DNA of 64,000 nt. Origin: Rhizodiscina lignyota (taxonomy: Eukaryota). A program made the position numbers and the translations under genes. The notes beneath the pieces were generated by a model that did no database searches, was not told the DNA's origin, and saw only the letters and a list, made by a program, of their open reading frames with translations. Below, piece by piece: positions 1-11,249 of the stretch; position 1 is the first letter of the stretch, and each line of letters begins with the position of its first letter. Location of the stretch: positions 1 through 64,000 of the forward strand of contig ML978125.1 in assembly GCA_010015805.1 (NCBI GenBank). Reading direction: 5' to 3'.

Positions 1-1755
1 TTAGCATACCTCTTAATCGTCTTACCCTACTACCTCACGTTTAATAGCTTCTTATTCGATATCTCGCCCGTCTCTCTCCTATTTACATAACATATAGCTA
101 TAAAACCTACAACTTCTAGCTGTACTACCTTTTACGCCTCCTAAATAACTATCTATACTATATTATACACCCTAACTAACTCCTACTCCCTTCTCGCATC
201 TATTATACTACTACTTTTACTATTACTTTTACTATTACTTTCGCTGTTACTACTTTTACTACTACTATTATCGCTACTATCGTCGCTACTACTACTATTA
301 CTATCGCTATCGCTCCTATCTCTATCTACTAGCATCTCCGCTATCTTGACTAACTACCTACGGTTAAACCCCTCTAAATACCTCGCCTATCCCGCCCTCC
401 TTAACTACATCTATAGTATATATCTATTCGTGTTAGCCTAGACTATTACCCTCTCCTCCTTAGCCTCTTACTTTAACCGCTTGTCTGCTAATATAAAAAC
501 CCTCTCTATCTGCCGCCTCGTAACGCGCTATGTCTACTTATCCCTATTAACTGTACTTTCTCCTTTATCTCCCTTACCCTTACCCCCTAGCCTCGCCGTT
601 ACCTTAAACAACCGCTACTACCCTCCTATCCTAAAAAACTACTAGTAATATACACCTACCGTCTATATCTCGTGCTCTTACGCCTCCGCAATAGCTAACC
701 TCGTCGCCCTACCGCGGCCGCGCCTGTTTACCTACCTATACTCCCTCTTATAATACTCCTATATATACTGTACCCTATAGTGTATAAATCCGTACTTACT
801 ATACCTAAACCTATTATCCTATAACTACAAACTGGCTAATAGCGCTAATATAGGCTCTAGGAACATAACGCCCTTATATACGTCTACTACATCTACTATA
901 CTAGCCGCTACACTCGCGATCGCCTTATAGGCCTTTACTATCGTCTTAGCCCTATACCTCTTATCTAAATACGATCGGACGTTAGCCTTAATAATAGCGT
1001 ACCTGTACTACCTGCAAATAATTACCTTGTACTATAGTAAATACTCGAAATAATCGCTAAAACCTGCTATCTCTCCCCTAATCTTTTAATCTCCCTCCCT
1101 CCTTAGTTCTACTATAGGTTCTTCCTTAACTAACGACTAGGGCAACTATTAAATAGCCTTCTAAATTTAATAATGTGTCTTATTATCTACTTAAATCCCT
1201 AATATTCTCCCCTTTTTCTCATTTCGTAGCTTTAACGCTTTAGCCCTAGCCGCGCTACGCGCGCACGCGCCCGCCCTACTCAAAACACGCGACTGCGAAA
1301 CTACTTCGTACTGCGGAAACGGGCGTGTACTACCCTATTACCCTACTATATTCGACTACAGCTTACCCGCCTTTAACTACAATTTACTTACTACTATCCT
1401 ACCTACCTACTACGTCCGACTACGACTTGTTTTACTTACTACATACTACACTAAACTACTCGCTCAGATTACGTGACCGCGAACACGAAAACTCCTACAT
1501 ACTATAGACTACGGCTATAACGTAACAACGCGCCGTAACCCTAATAGTTCTAACTACATAGCTAGATTAGGCGCGACTAGGACTATATTTCTACATGCTT
1601 AAAACCCGCCTACAGGCGCTACTTTACTACTTTCTCACAAATTACTTTAACCCTAAACCCTAAATCACCCCGACCCCCTCCTTATCCTGCCGGCGCTAAA
1701 TTTGTTAGTAGGCTTAAATCACTTCGAGTCGAAGTAATTATATAGTACAAGTTAG
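1..1755 (-). mobile_element. TLH (telomere-linked RecQ helicase)-type element, copy A (5' part; runs off the left window edge)
   Basis: Aligns with 4169-5923 at offset 4168. The minus strand from about 1070, after RIP reversion, reads F.HL.QYKVIICRQCRYAV...HL..H...C..C...HC..EHGW...CQQFF..GG.QRLFEV, which is the DUF3505 pattern. Confidence 0.8.
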
Positions 1756-4700
1756 CCTAACTAACTTCTACAACTACTTCCTTATGTCTGTCTTCTGTAT
1801 CGCTACCTACCTCCTAAACTCTTCTTTCTCCGCCTGCTACCTCCTACGGGCCGCTACTAAACCCTGCTCGGCTAGCTCCTACAATACCGATTCGAACATT
1901 AAAAACTTATGCTACTCCTTACTAACCTTCTAAAACATGACCTGCTGCGCTATAGTATAGAATAGCAACTTATTAACGCCCCTACTATATATACCCTCCC
2001 CTATCTACGCGCTATAGCCTGTCTACAAATAGAATCCGACCTCTCTCTAATTAAACCCGTTAATATGCTGCCCCTCCCCCTTCTCGTCCTCTCTCTACTA
2101 CCTACTATCCTTATCTCCTCTCGTAATAGCTTAGATAATAGCCTTATTATTAATATACTGCCTGTAAATCGCCTTGCTACTATACCTCTAATATATAATA
2201 TTTATCCTTACCCCTAAATATGTTATACTAGCCTTCTAGATCGCCTTTCTAACCCTATCCGTGTCCTAATACACCGTCTTTATTAATAGTAGCTACTATC
2301 TATCCTCTCTATTATCCCTTTCTTCTCCTCCTCCTCCTTCTTACCGTCTTCTCCCTCTTATCTTTAGGCCCTGCTACGCCTATTCTAGCTTTAGCTCCTA
2401 TAAAAACGGGCTGCGGCCGCTTCTACTACTACTAGCGATATTTCTACTATTATTGCCGGCGATATTACCGCTACCATCTCCTTTAACCTCTACCGCCGCC
2501 ACTACCGCCGCTACTATCGATATAACGGTAGAAACACTCTCTAACCTGTCCTAAAACAGCCTTACCAACTATAAATCGTATAATAATAACGACCTGACCT
2601 CGTGTAGCAAATACCGGTAGATTACCTTCTCCCTACTACTAAACCCTATACTCTTATAGTACTATACTATATATACTACTATCCTATCCTCTACGAAAAT
2701 GCCTCTACCCGCGCTGTCCACGCCGTTCTTATACCGTACCGTAACGATCTCTATACCCCTAGCCGGCTATCCTCCTATTATATGCATTAATACTAATAAA
2801 TCCTGCTTATACGCGTCTAAATCCTTCTTATACTACTAGATCCTATCTTTCTTCTATACAACCGGATCGCCGCTATTCTACTACTACCGCTACTACTACT
2901 ACTACTAGCTTCTATAGATTATATTATGCGTAGCCTTAGTATTAACAAACTCCTTACGTAACTGCCGCTCCCCTATAACTCTGTCTACTATCTACTTACT
3001 ACTATCGACGCCGCTAAACGCCTCTCTATTCCGCCTATTATCTACGAAACTCTACCTAACCCTTATCTCCACTATATTATCTACTATCTAGTCTATCTTT
3101 ACTAGTAGTAACCGCATCGTCGTATCCGCGCTATTAGGCCGGCCCTCGTTATCGACATGTAACAATAATAACCTCCTCTTAAACCTTAACTATAACGCGT
3201 ATACTAACCTATAGATTATCGCCTGTAAATCCGGCATACTAAAATTAATATAGCTGTATAATAACCTATCGCTAACCTAATCTACTACTCCGTCTACTAC
3301 TATACTATAATATACCTTTAACCTGTACGTCCTTAATATTAAAACCTAATTTATCGGCGTTAGCTTGCCGCTAAATGCGGTTAACGTTATAAACCTGTAT
3401 ACTATCTCCTACACTAACTAGAAATAGGTTAGCGCCTTCTTTAATGCCTCTACCCGGCTAAAACCTTACTCTTCCCTTATCTCTTTAATTACTACTTCCC
3501 TTATTAACTTCGCATAGTATAAAACTAATATCTTAGTGACTGTAACGACTGCTAACAATGCTCGCGTCGCCTTAGACAGCCCTTTCTACGCGTAATCCTC
3601 ATCTAACCCTAAAACCGCCAATCCGCTGACGATGCCGTTTGTATATGCGTCGTCCTGCACGTCGTGGTCTAACAATGCGATCAAAAACTCTAATATCGCC
3701 GCTTCCACCTCACCGTCTTCTTTATCTCCTTCCCTTTCTTCCTCTCCTTACTCCTACTCTTACTCCTACTCTTGCCCCCGCCCTTATACCTTCTTACCCT
3801 ACTCCTCTTCACGCCTAATAGCCTGTCTAACCTATATTAATACTCTAACCTATCTACTAGTTAATCTATACGGTAGTCTTTTCTACCTAATACTATTTTC
3901 TGCCTCTTCTCTCCCGTCCCTCCCTCCTCGCCTTCTTCCCTCTCGCCTGGCCCTTTCGATCTCTATACGCATCTCCTTATCTGACCCCGAATCCCTTTCT
4001 GAATCTTCCTCTAAATCCTCTTCTGCTGGCCCTGTCGACGCGTCCCCCGACCCGCTATTACTATCGCTACTACTACTACTCCTACTACTCTTCCTCCCCC
4101 TCCCCCCTTTTATCGCCTTTAGCAAACCCTATATCCTCTAAATATAACAAACTACCTTATACTAAACCTTAGCGTACCTTTTAATCGTCTTACCCTATTA
4201 CCTTACGTTTAACAGCTTCTTATTTAATATCTCGCCTGTCTCTCTCCTATTTATATAATATACAGCTATAAAACCTACAACTTCTAGCTATACTACCTTT
4301 TACGCCTCCTAAATAACTATCTATACTATATTATATACCCTAACTAACTCCTACTCCCTTCTTACATCTATTATACTACTACTTTTACTATTACTTTCAC
4401 TATTACTTTCGCTATTACTACTTTTACTACTACTATTATTACTACTATCGTCGCTACTACTACTATTACTATTACTATCGCTCCTATCTCTATCTACTAG
4501 TATCTCTACTATCTTAACTAACTACCTACAGTTAAACCCCTCTAAATACCTTGCCTATCCCGCCCTTCTTAACTACGTTTATAGCACGTATCTATTCGTA
4601 TTAGCCTAGACTATCGCCCTCTCCTCCTCGGCCTCTCGCTTCAACCGCTCGTCTGCCGACATGAAAACCCTCTCCATCTGCCGCCTCGTGACGCGCTGTG

Positions 4701-5238
4701 TCTGCTTATCCCCATTAACTGTACTTTCTCCTTTATCTCCCTTACCCTTACCTCCTAGCCTTGCTATTACCTTAAACAACTACTATTACCCTCCCGTCCT
4801 AAAAAACTACTAGTAATACACGCCTACTGTCTACATCTTATGCTCTTACGCCTCCGTAATAGCTAACCTTATCACCCTACCGCGGCCGCGCCTATTCGCC
4901 TACCTATACTCCCTCTTATAATACTCCTACATATACTACACCCTACAGCATATAAATCCGCACTCGCTATACCTAAACCCGTTATCCTATAACTATAAAC
5001 TGGCTAATAGCGCTAATATAGGCTCTAGGAACACGATACCCTCATATACGTCTACTATATCTACTATACTAGCCGCTATACTTACGATCGCCTTATAGGC
5101 CTCTACTATCGTCTTAGCCCTATACCTCTTATCTAAATGCGATCGGACGTTGGCCTTAATAACGGCGTACCTGTACTACCTGCAAATAATTACCTTATAC
5201 TATAGTAAATGCTCGAAATAATCGCTAAAACCTACTAT
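1756..5238 (-). pseudogene. RIP-inactivated TLH-family ORF (DUF3505 plus recombinase-like middle region), truncated
   Basis: Start ATG mutated to ATA at about 5238. Many TAG/TAA stops fall at Gln/Trp codons. The readable frame ends ...DIRKQLQKLVR at the 1756 junction. Confidence 0.8.
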
Positions 5239-5923
5239 CTCTCCCCTAATCTTTTAATCTCCCTCCCTCCTTAGTTCTACTATAGGTTCTTCCTTAACTA
5301 ACGACTAGGGCAACTATTAAATGGCCTTCTAAATTTAATAATACGTCTTATTATCTACTTAAATCCCTAATATTCTCCCCCTTTTCTTATTTTATAGCTT
5401 TAACGCTTTAGCCCTAGCCGCGCTACGCGCGTACGCGCCCGCCCTACTTAAAACACGCGACTGCGAAACTACTTCGCGCTGCGGAAATAGGCGTATACTA
5501 CCCTATTACCCTACTATATTCAACTACAGCTTACCCGCCTTTAACTACGATTTACTTACTACTATCCTACCTACCTACTACGTCCGACTACGACTTGTTT
5601 TACTTACTACGTACTACGCTAAACTACTCGCTCGGATCACGTGACTACGAATACGAAAACTCCTATATACCGCGGACTACGGCTATAACGCAACAACGCG
5701 CCGTAACCCTAATAGTTCTAACTATATGGCTAGATCGGGCGCGACTAGGACTATATTTCTATACGCTTAAAACCCACCTACAGGCGCTACTTTACTACTT
5801 TCTCGTAAATCACTTCGACCCTAAACCCTAAATCACCCCGACCCCCTCCTTATCCTACCGGCGCTAAATTTGTTAGCAGGCTCAAATCACTTCGAGTCGA
5901 AGTAATTATATAGTACAAGTTAG
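1756..5923 (-). mobile_element. TLH-type element, copy B (longest; 3'-truncated just before the expected helicase domain)
   Basis: Same right terminus (...GTACAAGTTAG) as copy A. Relic ORF carries DUF3505, WLRRAGWARHLEG, DN.AE.RVGWSF.DDRRN, TGGQPARG.E, YHK and IHRYLP..VG motifs, typical of fungal telomere-associated RecQ proteins. Confidence 0.8.
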
Positions 5924-8900
5924 TACCGTACTACGTATACTACTATCCTATCCTCTACGAAAATACCTCTACCCGCGCCGTCCGCGCTATTCTTATACTA
6001 TACTATAACAATCTCTATACTCCTAGCTAGCTATCCTCTTATTATATGTATTAATACTAATAAATCCTGCCTATACGCGTCTAAATCCTTCTTATACTAC
6101 TAGATCCTATCTTTCTTCTATATAACTAGATCGCTACTATTCTACTACTACTACCGCTACTACTACTACTAGCTTCTATAGATTATATTGTGTGTAGCCT
6201 TAGTATCGACAAACTCCTTATATAACTACTACTTCCCTATAACTCTGTCTACTATCTACTTACTACTATCGACGCCGCTAAACGCCTCTCTATTCCGCCT
6301 ATCATCTATAAAACTCTACTTAACCCTTATCTCCGCCGTATTATCTACTATCTAGTCTATCTTTACTAGTAGTAACCGCGTTGTCGTATCCGCGCTATTA
6401 GGCCGGCCCTCGTCGTTAATATATAATAATAATAACCTTCTCTTAAACCTTAACTACGACGCGTGTACTAACCTATAGATTATCGCCCGTAAATCTAGTA
6501 TACTAAAACTAATGTAGCTATATAATAACCTGTTACTAACCTAATCTACTACTCCGTCTGCTACTATACTATAATATACCTTTAACCTATACGTCCTTAA
6601 TATTAAAACCTAATTTATTAGCGTCGGCTTACTACTAAATGCGGTTAACGTTATAAACCTATATACTATCTCCTACGCTAACTAGAAATAGGTTAGCGCC
6701 TTCTTTAATGCCTCTACCCAGCTAAAACCTTACTCTTCCCTTATCTCTTTAATTACTACTTCCCTTATTAACTTCGCGTAGTATAAAACTAATATCCTAG
6801 TAACTGTAATAACTACTAATAATACTTATATCGCCCTAAACAGCCTTTTCCACGTATAATCCTTATCTAACCCTAAAACCGCCAATCCGCTAACGATGCT
6901 ATTTATATATGCGTCGTCCTATACGTTATAGTCTAATAATACGATTAAAAACTCTAATATTACTACTTCTACCTTACTATCTTCTTTATCTCCTTCCTTC
7001 TCTTCCTCTTCTTACTCCTACTCTTACTCCTACTCTTGCCCCTACCCCTATACCTTCTTACCCTACTCCTTTTTACGCTTAATAGCCTATCTAACCTATA
7101 TTAATACTCTAACCTATCTACTAGTTAATTTATATAGTAGTCTTTTCTACCTAATACTATTTTCTACCTCTTCTCTCCTATCCCTCCCTCCTTACCTTCT
7201 TCCCTCTTACCTAGCCCTTTTAATCTCTATATATATCTTCTTATCTAACCCTAAATCCCTTTTTAAATCTTCCTTTAAATCCTCTTCTACTAGCCCTATT
7301 AACGCGTCCCTTAACCTACTATTACTATTACTACTACTACTACTCCTACTACTTCTTCTCCCTCTTCCCCCTTTTATCGCCTCTAGTAAACCCTATATCC
7401 TCTAAATATAATAAACTACCTTATACTAAACCTTAGCGTACCTTTTAATCGTCTTACTTTACTACCTTACATTTAATAGCTTCTTATTTAATATCTTACC
7501 TATCTCTCTTCTATTTATATAACATATAGCTATAAAACCTACAACTTCTAGCTATACTACCTTTTACGCCTCCTAAATAACTATCTATACTATATTATAT
7601 ACCTTAACTAACTCCTACTCTCTTCTTATATCTATTATACTACTACTTTTACTATTACTTTCGCTATTACTTTTACTATTACTACTTTTACTACTACTAT
7701 TATTACTACTATTATCGCTACTACTACTATTACTATCGCTATTACTCCTATCTCTATCTACTAGTATTTTCGCTATCTTAACTAACTACCTATAGTTAAA
7801 CCCCTCTAAATACCTTACCTATCCTACCCTCTTTAACTATGTCTATAGTATGTATCTATTCATATTAGCCTAGACTATCGCCCTCTCCTCCTTAGCCTCT
7901 TACTTTAACTACTTATCTACTAATATAAAAACCCTCTCTATCTACTACCTTATAACGCGCTATATCTACTTATCCCTATTAACTGTACTTTCTCCTTTAT
8001 CTCCTTTATCCTTACCCCCTAGCCTTACTATTACCTTAAACAACTGCTACTACCCTCCTATCCTAAAAAACTACTAGTAATATACGCCTACTATCTATAT
8101 CTCGTACTTTTATACCTCTATAATAGCTAACCTCGTCGCCCTACTACGGCCGCGCCTATTTACCTACTTATACTCTTACCTATAATACTTCTACATATCC
8201 TCCTATGTGTAGTATATATGTCCGCACTTATTATACTAATAACTATTATCCTATAACTATAAACTAGCTAATAGCGCTAATATAGGCTCTAGATACTAGA
8301 CCTTCTCGCGTATAACTACGATGTCTTCTACTATAATACTACTTACTTCTACTATAATCGCCCTACGCGCGTCTACTATTAACTTACTCTTATACTTCTA
8401 GCTTAAATGTAAACTTATACTACTCCTAATAACGGCGTACCTATACCTCCTATAAATAATCGCCTTATACTACGGTAAATACTTAAAATAATCGCTAAAA
8501 CTTGCTATCTCTCCCCTAATCTTTTAATCTCCCTCCCTCCTTAGTTCTACTATAGGTTCTTCCTTAACTAACAACTAGGGCAACTATTAAATAGCCTTCT
8601 AAACTTAATAATACGTCTTATTATCTACTTAAATCCCTAATCTTCTCCTCCTTTTCTTATTTTATAGCTTTAACGCTTTAGCCCCTAGCTATACTACGCG
8701 TATATACCCGCCCGCCTACCCTGCTTAAAACACGCGACTACGAAACTACTTTCGTACTACGGAAATAGGCGCGTACTACTCTATTAACCTACTATATTTA
8801 ACTATAGCTTACCTACCTTTAACTATAATATACTACCTACTATCCTACCTACTTACTACGTCCGACCGCGACTTATTTTGCTTACTACGTACTACGCTAA

Positions 8901-9207
8901 ACTACTAATCCTACTTAGATCACGTGACCGCGAATATAAAAACTCCTATATACTGCGGACTATAGCTATAACGTAATAATGTACTATAACCCTAATAGTT
9001 CTAACTATATAGCTAGGTTAGGCGCGGCTAAAACTGTATTTCTATATACTTAAAACCCGCCCCTAGGCGCTACTTTGCTACTTTCTCGCAAATTAGGTTC
9101 GACTCTAAACCCTAAATCGGTCTAACCCCCTCTTTATCCTACTAGCGCTAAATTTGTTAGTAGGTTTAAATCAGTTCGACTTGAACTAGTCGTATAGTAC
9201 GAGTTAG
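5924..9207 (-). mobile_element. TLH-type element, copy C (truncated at the YHK motif)
   Basis: From 5924 it aligns with copy B from about 2660. Relic start at about 8508. Terminus ...GTACGAGTTAG at 9207. Divergent patch at about 8170-8430. Confidence 0.8.
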
Positions 9208-10227
9208 GGGTTTATAGAGCTAATTCTTATAGCGCCGGAAAGTGCGCGTAGAGGCGCATATTACGCTATTAAAACTGCGGCATTCCGTCGACGCGAAGGC
9301 GGGATATATAGTAGGGAAGAAGCTAGTCTGTCTTTTAGGCGCGCGGTAGTTAATCCTTCTATAGCCTTAACGTTAAATCTCCGCTAAGATTAAGGACATC
9401 TTAGCGCGCCTAGGGGGGTTACGGCCCTACTAAAGCCTATCTTCCTATAGCCCCTATTAGTAATATAGAGGTTGCCTAGGATTGGCCGCTATATTGCTAG
9501 AAGCTATTCTACTATATATAAAAGAAAGCGTAAATAGCTAGAGTAGGGTTAGTACCTTTATATTTAATTATAACCTTATATAGACAGACTAGGCTTACCT
9601 CTTAGCTCCTTTTCTGTCTATCTCCTCCTCTCCTTTTTAGTCCGCTTAGCGATAGTTTATAGTCTTTAGACTACCTCTAGACTTGCGTTTGTAGCTTAGG
9701 TTACGTGATATTTCGGAGAGAAAGACTTAGTTCTTACCTCTTAAAGGGTCTAGGGCCTTAAGCCTCTTACTAGCTTACTACTACTAGACTAAAGGGCTAT
9801 AAGAAGCTTAGTCGCTTCTTATATAGGTCTTTTAAGTGCCTTTAGCTAACTTAAAGCCAACGCGCTAACTGTAATAACATTATAAATAGTAGTACTCTCT
9901 TATAGAAGAGAGTCGACTTCTAATAGCTTTAGTTAAAGTACTAAGGTAGGATAACTACTATAGCTACCGCCTACTACTAGAGTAAAGGGTCCCCCTCTCT
10001 CGGCTAGTTCCTTTAGTTAATCGCGTATAAAGTAGGATAGGCGAGCGAGGGCGAAGGGGCTTAAGGGCTAAGAGGGTATATAGAGGTTAATACGCCCGCC
10101 TCTACTTCTACTAGGGGTACTACCTTAAGTTAAAAGAATATTTCTCTAGACTCTTACCTCTATACTTTACCTTACCTTACTAGACTCTATCTATCTATTA
10201 ATAAGGTCTTATATCCTTTTCTAGGGA

Positions 10228-10470
10228 GTACGCTTAGTGCGTAAGCTTATATACAACGCTCTTTAAGCGCTCTTTTAAAAGCGTACACTTAGTAAACTAG
10301 CTTTAATCTAGCGCTTTCTTAGCGCCTCTCTAAAGGGGTATACTTAGTATATAAGCTTATATGTAACGCTCTTTAGGCGCTCTTTTAAGAGCGTGTACTT
10401 AGTAAATTAGCCTTAATCTAGCGCTTTTTAGGCGCCTCTCTAGAAGGGTATACTTAGTATACAAGCGTTA
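10228..10470. repeat. 55-bp tandem repeat with 110-bp higher-order period
   Basis: Units start at 10228, 10283, 10338, 10393 and 10448 (gtacgcttag/gtatacttag...). Alternate units are more alike. Related copy at about 10822-10895. Confidence 0.8.
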
Positions 10471-10500
10471 ATATAGTGCGTCCTTACTACCCTCTTCCTT

Positions 10501-11050
10501 AGGGAGGATCCTACCTTAGCCTTTACTAGCTTTCGACCCTTTTAGGTCCTTTACTAGATCTAGAGGGCCTAGAAGGCGCGCCTTAGCTACTTCTCCTCTT
10601 TTAGAGAGGATTCGACCTCGGTCTTTACTAGCTTCTAGGCTATTTTAGGTACTTTACTATATTTAAAAGGCCTTAAGGCTATAAATAAGGAGGTATATAT
10701 ATAGCCCTACTTAGAGAGGATTCGACCTTAGTCCTTACTAGCTTCCGGCTTTTAAGATACTTTGCTAGACTTTAAGCTAGGTAGAGAGTTACGATCTAGA
10801 TATACTTAAGGAACTTAGAAGCGTACTTAACGTACAAGCTTGTATTTAACCTTCTTTAGGCGCCCTTTTAAGAAGGTACGCGTAGCGCGTAAGCTAATCT
10901 CTACTAGACTAGATAGAGTTACTACTATTATACTTCTTAGTTATCCTACTATCTTTACGCGATTTTATAGGAAAGAATAGTAGGCTTTATTAAGGGAGAT
11001 ATATATAGCCTTACTTAAAGAGGATTCGACCTCGGTCTTTACTAGCTTCT
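10501..11050. repeat. Dispersed ~32-bp motif AGAGAGGATTCGACCTCGGTCTTTACTAGCTTC, four copies
   Basis: Copies at about 10501, 10603, 10713 and 11017. Confidence 0.75.
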
Positions 11051-11249
11051 AGCCTTTAAGGTACCTAGCTAGCCTCTTCTATATAGGGTATACTACTACT
11101 ACTAGTAAAGTAGTAAAGCGATTGTTTACTACTAGGGCTATTCTTTTATACCTTGTACTAGTACTCTACTATACTACCTATAGTAACGATCGCTCTTAGC
11201 AATCTACTCCTCCTACTCTACCTTACTCTAGCTTATCTAGGGTAGTAGC

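Noticed and set aside
1649..1664. CCCTAAACCCTAAA, and a single TTAGGG at 9204-9209, as telomeric repeats
   Set aside because: Only one or two units, and RIP readily creates TAA/TAG. No true (CCCTAA)n tract lies in the window, so the subtelomeric location remains an inference.
1325..5831. ORF-track calls inside the RIP block (1325-1507, 3632-4141, 3883-4125, 5595-5831)
   Set aside because: These are Tyr/Leu/Ser-rich by-products of RIP or fragments of the relic ORF, not independent genes.
1..9207. LTR retrotransposon or canonical Helitron interpretation of the long direct repeats
   Set aside because: The repeats include coding sequence and lack TG...CA ends. No gag, RT, integrase, HUH Rep or Pif1 motifs were recognised.
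10501..11050. CRISPR-like repeat-spacer look of the 32-bp motif
   Set aside because: Eukaryotic context, irregular spacing (about 100-300 bp), partly related spacers and no cas genes.
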